Source: an archaeon (GTDB taxonomy: Archaea; Iainarchaeota; Iainarchaeia; Iainarchaeales; CSSED10-239). From it: a stretch of DNA of 32,000 nt. The translations under genes were made by a program, and so were the position numbers. The stretch is from positions 180,001-212,000 of the forward strand of contig DAOMZT010000001.1 in assembly GCA_035400625.1 (NCBI GenBank), given 5' to 3'. Each line of letters starts with the position of its first letter. The first letter of the stretch is position 1. Of this stretch, positions 23,734 through 32,000 are shown piece after piece. The notes below the pieces were generated by a model. It was given only the letters and a program-made list of their open reading frames with translations. It was not told where the DNA came from and ran no database searches.

Positions 23734-25011
23734 ATGAAATATAATATTGATCTGCACATACATTCGCCTTATGCTTCGGGAGTATCTAAAAATATGAGTA
23801 TACCAATACTTGCAAAAGAAGCAAAGCTAAAAGGCCTAAATGTCTTGGGAACAGGAGATATCTTACACCCTGATTGGTTTAAGCATGTTAAAGAAAATCT
23901 AATATTAGAAAAAGATTGTTATATTTTTAAAAATGACAAAAACTCAGATAACAAAACATATTTTATATTGACAACAGAAGTTGAAACAACAGGAAGAGTG
24001 CATCATCTTTTGTTTTTCAGAGAACTTTCGCAAGTCTTAGAATTTAAAAAAGAAATTGAAAGATTTTCAAGCGACATGAGTGTTTATGGAGGGGGTAGGC
24101 CAAGACTTTCTATTACTCCAAGCACATTATTGGATATTTGCATTAAACATGATGTGTTGATTGGGCCAGCACATGCATTTACCCCATATTTTGGAATATA
24201 CTCAGGAAGTGATTACCTAAAAGAAGCATATGGAGAAAACTACAAAGAAGTAAGATTTATTGAACTAGGGCTGTCTGCTGACAGTAATAGCGCAAATGTT
24301 ATTCCTGAACTTAAAGATCTAAAATTTTTCTCATTTTCAGATGCACATTCTCCTAATAGCTATAGAATAGGAAGAGAATATGTTTGTGCAGAACTAGAAA
24401 AGCCAAACTTTGAATCTATTAAAAATCTATTATATAATCTAGGAAATAATAAGATATTGTTTAATGTAGGGTATAACCCAAAAGAAGGAAAATATAATAG
24501 GACAGCTTGTAGAGATTGTAAGAAAATACATACTCTTAATGACGCAATAAAAAACAACTGGAGATGCCTAAAGTGCAGAGGCATATTAAAGAAAGGAGTA
24601 GAAGATAGAATCATTGAGATAGCTAAACTTCAAGGAAATACAGAACTTAAACAAATAACAGAAAGGCCAGATTACAAATATTTAATCCCGCTTGCTCAGA
24701 TTATTCAAATGAAGATTGGAAAAGGAGAACTTTATAATAAAAGAGTACTGGAAAAATATGAAAAGCTAATCACAAGACATACAGAAATAGAAATTGTCTT
24801 GGAACTGCCAGAAGAAAAGCTAAAAGAACTAGATGAAGATATAGCAAAACTTGTGATGGCTTTTAGAAAAGGATTGGTGGTGTTTAGACCAGGCGGTGGT
24901 GGACACTACGGAGTGCCATTCATTTGCTTTACAGAAGAAGAAAGAAAAGCTAAAGAAGCAGAAATATTAAAAGAACAAAAAATACCATATATTCAAAAAA
25001 CACTATTTTGA
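23734..25011 (+). CDS. endoQ: endonuclease Q-like PHP-domain nuclease (TIGR00375-type)
   Basis: 425 aa. The N-terminus IDLHIHSPYASGVSKNMSIPILAKEAKLKGLNVLGTGDILHPDW closely resembles the EndoQ N-terminus as I recall it. An internal C4 zinc finger (CRDCKK...CLKCRG) and the length match Pyrococcus EndoQ. Confidence 0.7.
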   Translation: MKYNIDLHIHSPYASGVSKNMSIPILAKEAKLKGLNVLGTGDILHPDWFKHVKENLILEKDCYIFKNDKNSDNKTYFILTTEVETTGRVHHLLFFRELSQVLEFKKEIERFSSDMSVYGGGRPRLSITPSTLLDICIKHDVLIGPAHAFTPYFGIYSGSDYLKEAYGENYKEVRFIELGLSADSNSANVIPELKDLKFFSFSDAHSPNSYRIGREYVCAELEKPNFESIKNLLYNLGNNKILFNVGYNPKEGKYNRTACRDCKKIHTLNDAIKNNWRCLKCRGILKKGVEDRIIEIAKLQGNTELKQITERPDYKYLIPLAQIIQMKIGKGELYNKRVLEKYEKLITRHTEIEIVLELPEEKLKELDEDIAKLVMAFRKGLVVFRPGGGGHYGVPFICFTEEERKAKEAEILKEQKIPYIQKTLF

Positions 25012-25575
25012 ACCGTGTATTCTTGGATTATAGTCGCCTTTGCCATGATATTTTTTATTGATTGGTTCAGGCTTTAATATATCTTTTATTTGATTATATT
25101 CTTTTAGGAAATTTTCTACTTGTATCTCCATTTCTACAAACCTAAACATACTTGGCTTTGGGTTGTTAATAAATTCTATCAACTTTGCTGATAATACCCT
25201 TTGGCGACCTTCTATAACATTTAATAATTTCAAAATAGGCTCGTTGCCACTTGCTATTTTTCTTAATGACTGAATGTTTTGTTTGCCATGTAGATAAACA
25301 TCTGAGATTTTAGAGACATACCTTTCGGACTCTGGATAGCTTCTTTTTATATGCTTTTTGAATTGTGATTCTAGTTTTAGTATGTGATTTTTCTTTTCTA
25401 AAAATGATCTTATTGGTTCAGAGGTTGTTTTTTTTATATTGCCACTAACTCTAGTTGTTTTTGGTTTAACTACCCTGTCTCCGGCAATGCTTGGTTCTTT
25501 AACAATCGGTTTCTTAACGATTGGTTTTTTAACAACTGGTTTTTTTATAGTTGTTGCTCTTCTCATAACGCGCAT
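25003..25575 (-). CDS. hypothetical protein with a basic KKP(V/I)V-repeat N-terminus
   Basis: 190 aa. IKKPVVKKPIVKKPIVKEP is followed by a helical domain. It overlaps the convergent endoQ by 9 nt. No motif recognised. Confidence 0.45.
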   Translation of the reverse strand: MRVMRRATTIKKPVVKKPIVKKPIVKEPSIAGDRVVKPKTTRVSGNIKKTTSEPIRSFLEKKNHILKLESQFKKHIKRSYPESERYVSKISDVYLHGKQNIQSLRKIASGNEPILKLLNVIEGRQRVLSAKLIEFINNPKPSMFRFVEMEIQVENFLKEYNQIKDILKPEPINKKYHGKGDYNPRIHGSK

Positions 25576-25636
25576 AACAAATCACATTTGACTATATAAC
25601 ATAATAAGTAAAACAAAGCATTTAAAAAGTATAAAG

Positions 25637-25954
25637 TTATGATTTCTTGCCATACATCTTTTCTGTTCGTTTATAGATCTTTTCTGTTTTCTTGTCTATG
25701 TCCTGAACAACAAGCTTAACTTTTTCTATATCTTTTGAGATGTCATTTTTATGTTGATAGATGCGAAGAGCAGAAATTCTTGAGAATTGTATGTCTAGTT
25801 TGTTGTATTTGTCTTCCATATCTTTTAATCTTTCGTTTGTGTCTGTTATTTGCTCTTTAAATTTAGTAACAACAAACCTGATCATAAATACAAATAACAA
25901 TATCAAAAGAATAGAATTGACAATTAAAACAAATAAAATTAATGTTGATTCCAT
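25637..25954 (-). CDS. hypothetical single-TM coiled-coil protein
   Basis: 105 aa with an N-terminal TM (LILFVLIVNSILLILLFVFMI) followed by a charged helical region. Confidence 0.45.
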   Translation of the reverse strand: MESTLILFVLIVNSILLILLFVFMIRFVVTKFKEQITDTNERLKDMEDKYNKLDIQFSRISALRIYQHKNDISKDIEKVKLVVQDIDKKTEKIYKRTEKMYGKKS

Positions 25955-26021
25955 AAGCTTTAACTTTTATATTTTATTAAAAAGAAACAACAAATAGTTT
26001 ATAAATGGCTGTTGTTTTTAA

Positions 26022-26261
26022 TCAAATCACGTTTTTGGGCCTTTTGGCAATATTAGATTTTTTATTTTTTAGTTTGAATTGCTCATGAAGCCTTTTATCT
26101 AAAGAAACTAATTGCTCATTTGTACAGAAATCTAGTTTGCATTTTTGGCAAGATTGATAAGGCTCATTTTTGATTACGATTTTCCCAGCATCAAAATTAA
26201 TGTCCCTGTATTTGGTTACTGTCTTGCCATTACAAAATGGGCATCTAACATCATTTTTCAT
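26022..26261 (-). CDS. YgiT-type zinc-ribbon protein
   Basis: 79 aa. CPFC...x...CQKC with the spacing typical of the MqsA-N-terminal/YgiT zinc finger, then a basic tail. It starts 18 nt after the prs stop. Confidence 0.5.
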   Translation of the reverse strand: MKNDVRCPFCNGKTVTKYRDINFDAGKIVIKNEPYQSCQKCKLDFCTNEQLVSLDKRLHEQFKLKNKKSNIAKRPKNVI

Positions 26262-26279
26262 ATCAATGCCTTTTATTTA

Positions 26280-27293
26280 TTAGTCCTTGTCAAAGAGCTG
26301 GTTAATAGATTTTTTAAAATGAAGATTAAAGATTGCCTGTGCAAAGTAGTCACTTATTGGGATAATCTCAAGCCAAGGGTGATTCTCTGCAAAATCATTT
26401 TCAAAATAGACTGCATCTGTTGCTATGATCTTTTCTAGAAGACCGTTATCATAAAGCTCGTCCATTCTTTCAACAGCCTTATCGTTTAATAGACAAAGAG
26501 AACAAGCAAAATAAACCTTGTTTGCCCCTTTTTCTTTTAAGATCTTTACTGCATTATAGACTGTTCCGCCAGTATCTAGAATGTCATCAATTAAAAAAAC
26601 ATCTTTGTCTTTGACCTTGCCAATAACTTCCATTGTTTCTACTTGGTTAATCTTTGAATAGTCCCTTTCTTTGTAGATTGTGATTACCCCTACACCAAGC
26701 TTAGATGCAAGAATTGTTGCTCTTTTCATACCCCCGACATCAGGAGACGAAATCAAAAGATTGTTAAAAGGGATATTGTCCAGTATGTATTTTTTAATGG
26801 CTTTACGAGCATAAAGATTTTCAAGAATTGCATTCTGGAAAAAACCAGCAATTGCAGGATTGTGAATATCCAAAGAAATGATTGTTTTTGCACCTGCTAG
26901 CTCCAGCTCTCTAGAGACAAGCCTTGCTGTTAGACATTCTCTGCCCCAAATCTTGTCTTGACGAGCATAAGGAAAAACAGGTATTACCACAGTTATATTT
27001 TTTGCACTAGCTACTCTTGCTGCATCAATTAATGTTGTTAATGCCCTGATATTATCATCAACAGACATACCGTATCTATTGTTAGAAACATCTTGGATAA
27101 TAAAAACATTGCAACCTCTTATTGACTCTAGGATATTAGATTTTATTTCTGTATTTGCAAACCTGATCTCTTGAACAGGAGTTAAAGTAATTTCTGGCTC
27201 GTTATTCTCAGAAAGCAGTTCATTAAGGTGCTTTAAAACACTCTTTGCGAAATGCTCACCAGACCTACAAGAAAGTAATTTTATGTCATGCAT
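26280..27293 (-). CDS. prs: ribose-phosphate pyrophosphokinase (PRPP synthetase)
   Basis: 337 aa. PYARQDK flexible-loop motif and the PRPP-binding loop DVFLIDDILDTGGT. Confidence 0.9.
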   Translation of the reverse strand: MHDIKLLSCRSGEHFAKSVLKHLNELLSENNEPEITLTPVQEIRFANTEIKSNILESIRGCNVFIIQDVSNNRYGMSVDDNIRALTTLIDAARVASAKNITVVIPVFPYARQDKIWGRECLTARLVSRELELAGAKTIISLDIHNPAIAGFFQNAILENLYARKAIKKYILDNIPFNNLLISSPDVGGMKRATILASKLGVGVITIYKERDYSKINQVETMEVIGKVKDKDVFLIDDILDTGGTVYNAVKILKEKGANKVYFACSLCLLNDKAVERMDELYDNGLLEKIIATDAVYFENDFAENHPWLEIIPISDYFAQAIFNLHFKKSINQLFDKD

Positions 27294-27316
27294 ATATTTT
27301 CACGGATTTTTATTTT

Positions 27317-28687
27317 TTAACCAGTAATTACAACTTTGGGTTTTAAGCTAAATGCCTTTTTACAAAGACCAGCATCAACCACTGAATCAACAACCACTTT
27401 TGAGGACTTATAAGCTGCTGGTTGCTCTTCTCTTAAAACATTCTCTGAATGTCCAGAAAGATAAATTCCTTTTTTTAAGAGCTTTTGCTTTAGATCTTTT
27501 GCAGAGATTTTTGACTTTGCTTTATCTCTAGACATTACTCTCCCACAGCCGTGAGGAAGAGTAGAAAATGTCTCTTTTCTCATTTTTTCTTTTGGCAATA
27601 AAACATAAGTATCATCTAACATTGAGCCTGGCAAAATCACAGGAGTGCCACTCTCTAAAAACTCTGAATGATCAGATAATCTTTCAGAGATTATTCCCCT
27701 TATTGCGCCTTTTCTGGTAACCAGATACCTTTTCTTATTACGAGTTTCTATTTTTGCAAAATTATGTGAGCAATCGTAAAGGAGACGGGCGTTGATGGTG
27801 CCATGTCCAAGATTTAGTGCATTTTCTAAAGCATCTATTATTCTTTTAGAAAGAACAGCCCTGTTTACAAAAGCGTAGTTTGCAGCTGCGCACATTGTCT
27901 TGTAATAATGAGAGCCATCTTTTGAATTTAAATATAAATATTCGATTGGATCTTTGTGCTTGCATTTTTTTGTAAACTCATCAGCAACTTGATAACCAAG
28001 CCCTCTTGAGCCTGTATGAAGCATAATAAGAATTTGATCTTTCTCTATCTTGTGCCTTTTACAAAAAAACTTATCAAAGATTTTGTCAACAACCAACAGA
28101 TCAATAAAATGATTGCCTTGCCCAAGTGTTCCAAGCTGAGTCAGGCCTTTTTCTATTGCTGTCTTTGATAGATATTTTGGACTTGCATCACGAAAACAAC
28201 CTTGCCTATCAACATATAGCTTATCAAACTTATTTGCGTAGCTGTTTTTTACTGCCCATTCCAGACCTTGATAACAAATCTCTTTTAAATCCTGTTTTGT
28301 TATCTTTATTCCGTCTTTTGAAAGGCCAATAGGTAACTTCTCAAAAGCCTTTACTATTTCTTTGTATTGCTTTTCAGAAATATCTTTAGATTTGAGATTT
28401 GTCCTAATAAGACGAATACCACAATTTATGTCTGTCCCTATTGCTTTTGGACTGATTATTGGATCATTATCAGCATCAACTACAAAACAAGAACCAACAG
28501 GCACACCATGACCAACATGAAGATCTGGAAAGCCATATACATAATCGCAAATTCCTGGTAATTTAGAAATAGAATAAAGTTGTTCTATACAAGATTTGTC
28601 CAGTTTAGAAAATAGAGATTTACTAGAAATGATTTTTACTTTGTTGTTTTCATCAACAAAAATATTTTTTTTTGTTTGTTTAAACAT
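27317..28687 (-). CDS. rtcB: RNA-splicing ligase RtcB
   Basis: Metal and GMP-site motifs PDLHVGHG, DINCGIR, GQGNHFIDL, LHTGSRGLG, SHNF, PHGCGR. The ORF-track start at 28741 is TTG, so I prefer the first ATG at 28687 (MFKQTKK...). The start remains uncertain. Confidence 0.9.
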   Translation of the reverse strand: MFKQTKKNIFVDENNKVKIISSKSLFSKLDKSCIEQLYSISKLPGICDYVYGFPDLHVGHGVPVGSCFVVDADNDPIISPKAIGTDINCGIRLIRTNLKSKDISEKQYKEIVKAFEKLPIGLSKDGIKITKQDLKEICYQGLEWAVKNSYANKFDKLYVDRQGCFRDASPKYLSKTAIEKGLTQLGTLGQGNHFIDLLVVDKIFDKFFCKRHKIEKDQILIMLHTGSRGLGYQVADEFTKKCKHKDPIEYLYLNSKDGSHYYKTMCAAANYAFVNRAVLSKRIIDALENALNLGHGTINARLLYDCSHNFAKIETRNKKRYLVTRKGAIRGIISERLSDHSEFLESGTPVILPGSMLDDTYVLLPKEKMRKETFSTLPHGCGRVMSRDKAKSKISAKDLKQKLLKKGIYLSGHSENVLREEQPAAYKSSKVVVDSVVDAGLCKKAFSLKPKVVITG

Positions 28688-28773
28688 TTTATTGCAAATT
28701 TTAAATTTTTTAAAAAAATCTAAAGATAAATAGATTTGCAAGTTTACTAATTATGATGCTATCAAAAAGATAT

Positions 28774-29082
28774 TTAGTTTTTAAGCTCAATACCTATTTG
28801 TAGATCTGCAGGGACATCAACTCTCATTATTCTTCTAAGAATCTTGTCATCTGCCTTAATATCAATTATTCGCTTATGGATTCGTAACTGATATTTTTCA
28901 TAAGTTTCTGTTCCGCCAGCAGAAACGCCTCTTCTTACTGGCACAACTAACTTCTTAGTCTTCAAAGGGATTATGCCTGTGTGCTTTACTCCGCTCTTTG
29001 AAGCTACATCTATAATTTCCTTGCAAAATTCTGTAACTTTCTTGTAATCAGTTCCTGTGACTATTACTCTTGCTGTTTGCAT
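28774..29082 (-). CDS. rps10: 30S ribosomal protein uS10
   Basis: 102 aa. ARVIVTG...LRIHKRIIDI...IELK pattern, and the conserved position immediately downstream of tuf. Confidence 0.9.
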   Translation of the reverse strand: MQTARVIVTGTDYKKVTEFCKEIIDVASKSGVKHTGIIPLKTKKLVVPVRRGVSAGGTETYEKYQLRIHKRIIDIKADDKILRRIMRVDVPADLQIGIELKN

Positions 29083-29129
29083 TTTATCACTTGTATTTTT
29101 TTAGAAAAAATATTAAAAGAAAAGCAAAT

Positions 29130-30386
29130 TTATTGCTTTTTCTTTATTTCTTGTATTACTCCTGCTGCAACGGTCTTGCCCATGTCTCTGATAGCAAATC
29201 TGCCAAGTTGTGGGAAGTCTTTGTAGGTCTCACAAGCAAGTGGCTGTAATGGCTTGATTCTTACAATTGCAGCATCACCTGTCTTTAAGAACTTTGGAGC
29301 ATCTTCAACTGTTGGAGCAACCTTTTTTACTAACTCAACAATTGCACAAGACATTTGTGCGGTGTGTATGTGGAATACTGGAGTGTAACCAGCTGTGATT
29401 GCTGTTGGGTGGTTTAGAACAATTATTTGAGCAGTAAATTCTGCTGCAACTGTTGGTGGGTTATTCTCTGGGCCAACAACAGAACCTCTCTTAATTGCTC
29501 CTTTATCAACATTTTTGATATTGAAACCGATGTTGTCTCCAGGTAATGCTTCAGGTAATTGTTCGTGGTGTGCTTCAACACTTTTTACTTGTGTTGCAAT
29601 TCCTTCTGGCATTATTATAACCTTGTCGTTAGGTCTAAGTATTCCTGTTTCAACTCTACCAACAGGAACCATACCAACACCTTTAATTGAATAAACATCT
29701 TGTATTGGAAGTCTTAATGGTTTTCCAGTTAATACTTCTGGTGCTTTGAAATTATTCATTGCATCAAATAAGCAAGGGCCCTTATACCAAGGCATCTTCT
29801 CTGATGCTTTGATTATGTTTTCTCCGTGCCATGCAGAGATTGGTACGACTACATATTGGTCTTCTTTAAACTTACCTTTGAAAAGAGTATCTATATCTGC
29901 TTTAACTTTATTAAAGCCCTCTTCACTGTAATTAACATCGTCCATCTTATTTACTGCAACAATTATTTGCTTAATACCCATTACTTGAGCAAGGAATGCG
30001 TGCTCTTTAGTTTGAGACATTACTCCGTCTTTTGAAGCAACGACTAAAACAGCAGCATCAGATTGAGCAGTACCAGTAATCATGTTCTTGACATAGTCTT
30101 GGTGGCCAGGAGCATCAATTACTGTGAAACTATATTTATCAGATTCTAATTTTTTATAGTTAACATCAATTGTAATTCCTCTATCTCTTTCTTCTTTAGT
30201 TACATCCATCATGTATGCGAAAGCAAAGGTTCCTTTTCCTTTTTCTTCAGCTAATGCTTGTAACTTTCTATAATCTTGGTCACTTAAGTTTTTTGTGTCG
30301 AACATCAAACGACCAACTGTTGTTGATTTACCGTGATCAATGTGACCAATAAAAACAACATTGATTTTTGGTTTTGGTGAAGCCAT
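29130..30386 (-). CDS. tuf: translation elongation factor aEF-1 alpha
   Basis: 418 aa. G1 GHIDHGKST, G3 DAPGH, G4 NKMD. AAGGAGGA lies upstream of the ATG. Confidence 0.95.
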   Translation of the reverse strand: MASPKPKINVVFIGHIDHGKSTTVGRLMFDTKNLSDQDYRKLQALAEEKGKGTFAFAYMMDVTKEERDRGITIDVNYKKLESDKYSFTVIDAPGHQDYVKNMITGTAQSDAAVLVVASKDGVMSQTKEHAFLAQVMGIKQIIVAVNKMDDVNYSEEGFNKVKADIDTLFKGKFKEDQYVVVPISAWHGENIIKASEKMPWYKGPCLFDAMNNFKAPEVLTGKPLRLPIQDVYSIKGVGMVPVGRVETGILRPNDKVIIMPEGIATQVKSVEAHHEQLPEALPGDNIGFNIKNVDKGAIKRGSVVGPENNPPTVAAEFTAQIIVLNHPTAITAGYTPVFHIHTAQMSCAIVELVKKVAPTVEDAPKFLKTGDAAIVRIKPLQPLACETYKDFPQLGRFAIRDMGKTVAAGVIQEIKKKQ

Positions 30387-30642
30387 ATATATTCCTCCTT
30401 GTTTTTTTTACAGATTTTCTTTAAAAATTATAATCAAAATCTATTGCAATTTAAAGGTCTTTGTATGCAATTGACTTTATTAAATTATATATAATATAGA
30501 AGGTAAAACTTTATAAATGGATAATCTGCTATATTCCAAACTTTATTTTGAGATTTTATTTGAATAACATAAAAATCATAATCTATATAAAATAAATTAC
30601 CCTTAAATTATATATTATTTGCAATAAAAGAAGATCAGAAAA

Positions 30643-31701
30643 ATGGAAATTGAATTAATTCAGATAATATTGATTATTTGTATTGCTATAGTGTTTGGGG
30701 TAATTTTTGCCTTTATTAATTTAAAGAGAAAAATCACAAGGCCAGTAACTAAAGAACAAAATTCTTGGCAAAAAATAGAAGCACTAAACGATCAGAAAAA
30801 AGAGCTACTTAAAAAAAAAGAAGAGCTGTCTTACAAGTATAGTGCAAGAAGCATTAGTGACGATGTATATTCTAGCGATTTAAAAAATATTACATCTGAG
30901 CTTTTAAAAATAGATAATGAAATAAATAACGAAGTTTCTAAATTAACAGAGCTACAAAAAATGCAGGACAATAATAGTGATCAAAAATCTCAAAATATAA
31001 AGCTTAAAGGCGAGCTTAACGAAATCAAACTAGAAAGAGATAATCTGAAAAACAGAATAAACGAACTTGAAGAAATTATAAAAAACATTTCTGGAACAAA
31101 AAACCTTTCGCCATCTATTAAAGACAATTTTCAAAATAAATATTATGAACAAATTTTAGACAAATATAAAGAACTGATTAATAAGCAAGAACAAAAAACA
31201 ATAGCCCAAATAAAAGAAACAGTTAACCCAAATGATTTGACAATAAAAAGCATAATCTCAAAACACAAGCCAGTAGGGTATGAATATAACAAGGACTATT
31301 TAGAAATACTTAGAAAGATTTATTCGTTTTTAGATGCAGAGATTGAAGTTGTAAAAACAGATGTTAAGGTATTATATTGGCTTGATGCAACAGAGATTTT
31401 AAAAAACAAAATTGCAGACGAACAAGATATTTCTGCTCTTTTGTGTTCTGCAATGCAAGGGTTAAATGATCAAGAGGCGCAAGTTTATGTTGTGCTTTTA
31501 GAGGATGATAACACCCATGCCTTTGTCAAGACAAAATATAAAAACCAATATTTTATATTCGATTTAGCACAAAAAGGGCCATTTGAGATGTTTACAAATA
31601 CTGATGAAAAGAAACTATTAGAAGATTACAAGTATAATGGTTTGAAAATTAAAAAAATAATATATCGCTATAATCAAAATAGCTACATAGATACAGAATA
31701 A
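30643..31701 (+). CDS. N-terminally anchored coiled-coil protein with a possible transglutaminase-like (Cys-His-Asp) C-terminal domain
   Basis: 352 aa. TM helix (IILIICIAIVFGVIFAFI), about 150 aa of heptad-like Lys/Glu/Asn-rich sequence, then LLCSAMQGL...THAFVK...YFIFDL, whose C, H and D spacing resembles the transglutaminase-like core. Confidence 0.45.
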   Translation: MEIELIQIILIICIAIVFGVIFAFINLKRKITRPVTKEQNSWQKIEALNDQKKELLKKKEELSYKYSARSISDDVYSSDLKNITSELLKIDNEINNEVSKLTELQKMQDNNSDQKSQNIKLKGELNEIKLERDNLKNRINELEEIIKNISGTKNLSPSIKDNFQNKYYEQILDKYKELINKQEQKTIAQIKETVNPNDLTIKSIISKHKPVGYEYNKDYLEILRKIYSFLDAEIEVVKTDVKVLYWLDATEILKNKIADEQDISALLCSAMQGLNDQEAQVYVVLLEDDNTHAFVKTKYKNQYFIFDLAQKGPFEMFTNTDEKKLLEDYKYNGLKIKKIIYRYNQNSYIDTE

Positions 31702-31708
31702 GAAGAAC

Positions 31709-32000
31709 ATGAAAAAACTAGAAGTAACAAGCACAGCTTTTTTTTATATAATTAAAGAACTACAAGAAGAAATTTTAGGCGGGTATATTAATAACCTTCA
31801 ACTTGTTAATCATGAAGACAATAATCTGATTAAAATAAAGATACATAAGAAAAAAACAAAAGAACTGATTGTGTCCCCAAACATCTTGTTTTTAACAGAA
31901 CTTGCCTATCCTGTTAATCCAGAAAGTGGAGGGCTTATTAAGTTTCTTAAAAAGAAACTATATAATCAGAAGATACAAGAAATTAAACAAGACAAAAACA
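31709..32000 (+). CDS. NFACT-family (Rqc2/FbpA-like) protein, N-terminal part, truncated by the window end
   Basis: Not in the ORF track because it has no stop in the window. ATG at 31709, 8 nt after the preceding stop. MKKLEVTSTAFFYIIKELQEEILGGYINNLQ...LIKIKIHKKK...LIVSPNILFLTE...GLIKFLKKKLYNQKIQEIKQ matches the NFACT-N pattern. Confidence 0.55.
   Translation, partial: MKKLEVTSTAFFYIIKELQEEILGGYINNLQLVNHEDNNLIKIKIHKKKTKELIVSPNILFLTELAYPVNPESGGLIKFLKKKLYNQKIQEIKQDKN

Overview
Strongly AT-rich, gene-dense archaeal window. The archaeal call rests on MCM, RPA, aIF2-beta, aEF-1alpha, uS10, RtcB, EndoQ and a presenilin-type protease. TTTATAAA-type TATA boxes and GGAGG-type Shine-Dalgarno sites are frequent. 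Composition, compactness and surface-protein content suggest a small-genome DPANN-like lineage, but that is inference only. Layout: (1) 1-7.8 kb, informational and replication genes on the minus strand: DUF424, aIF2-beta, a CYTH-like/VIT1 fusion, mcm followed by a presenilin homologue, and rpa followed by an unknown 326-aa gene. (2) 7.9-11.4 kb, a rearrangement hot spot. It holds a self-contained MazF-type toxin-antitoxin unit bracketed exactly by about 66-nt direct repeats, then a solitary FlaI/VirB11-family ATPase with a long Cys-rich N-terminal extension. The last 38 nt of that ATPase gene are duplicated 163 nt downstream. (3) 11.4-23.7 kb, a cell-envelope region: a DUF5652-like miniprotein, a 1056-aa anchored repeat protein with near-identical 252-nt tandem units, a probable S-layer protein, and three tandem paralogous secreted proteins. 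The three paralogues share a near-identical promoter and signal-peptide module but have diverged bodies. (4) 23.7-32 kb, housekeeping genes (EndoQ, prs, rtcB, rps10, tuf, NFACT) interleaved with small unknown genes. I found no rRNA, tRNA, CRISPR array, transposase or integrase gene. Several ORF-track starts are TTG or GTG and were moved to downstream ATG codons. The best leads are the repeat-bracketed TA cassette, the gene-end duplication beside the ATPase, the constant-5'/variable-body surface paralogue family, and the unknown gene translationally coupled to RPA. All homology calls come from motif recognition by eye, not from searches.
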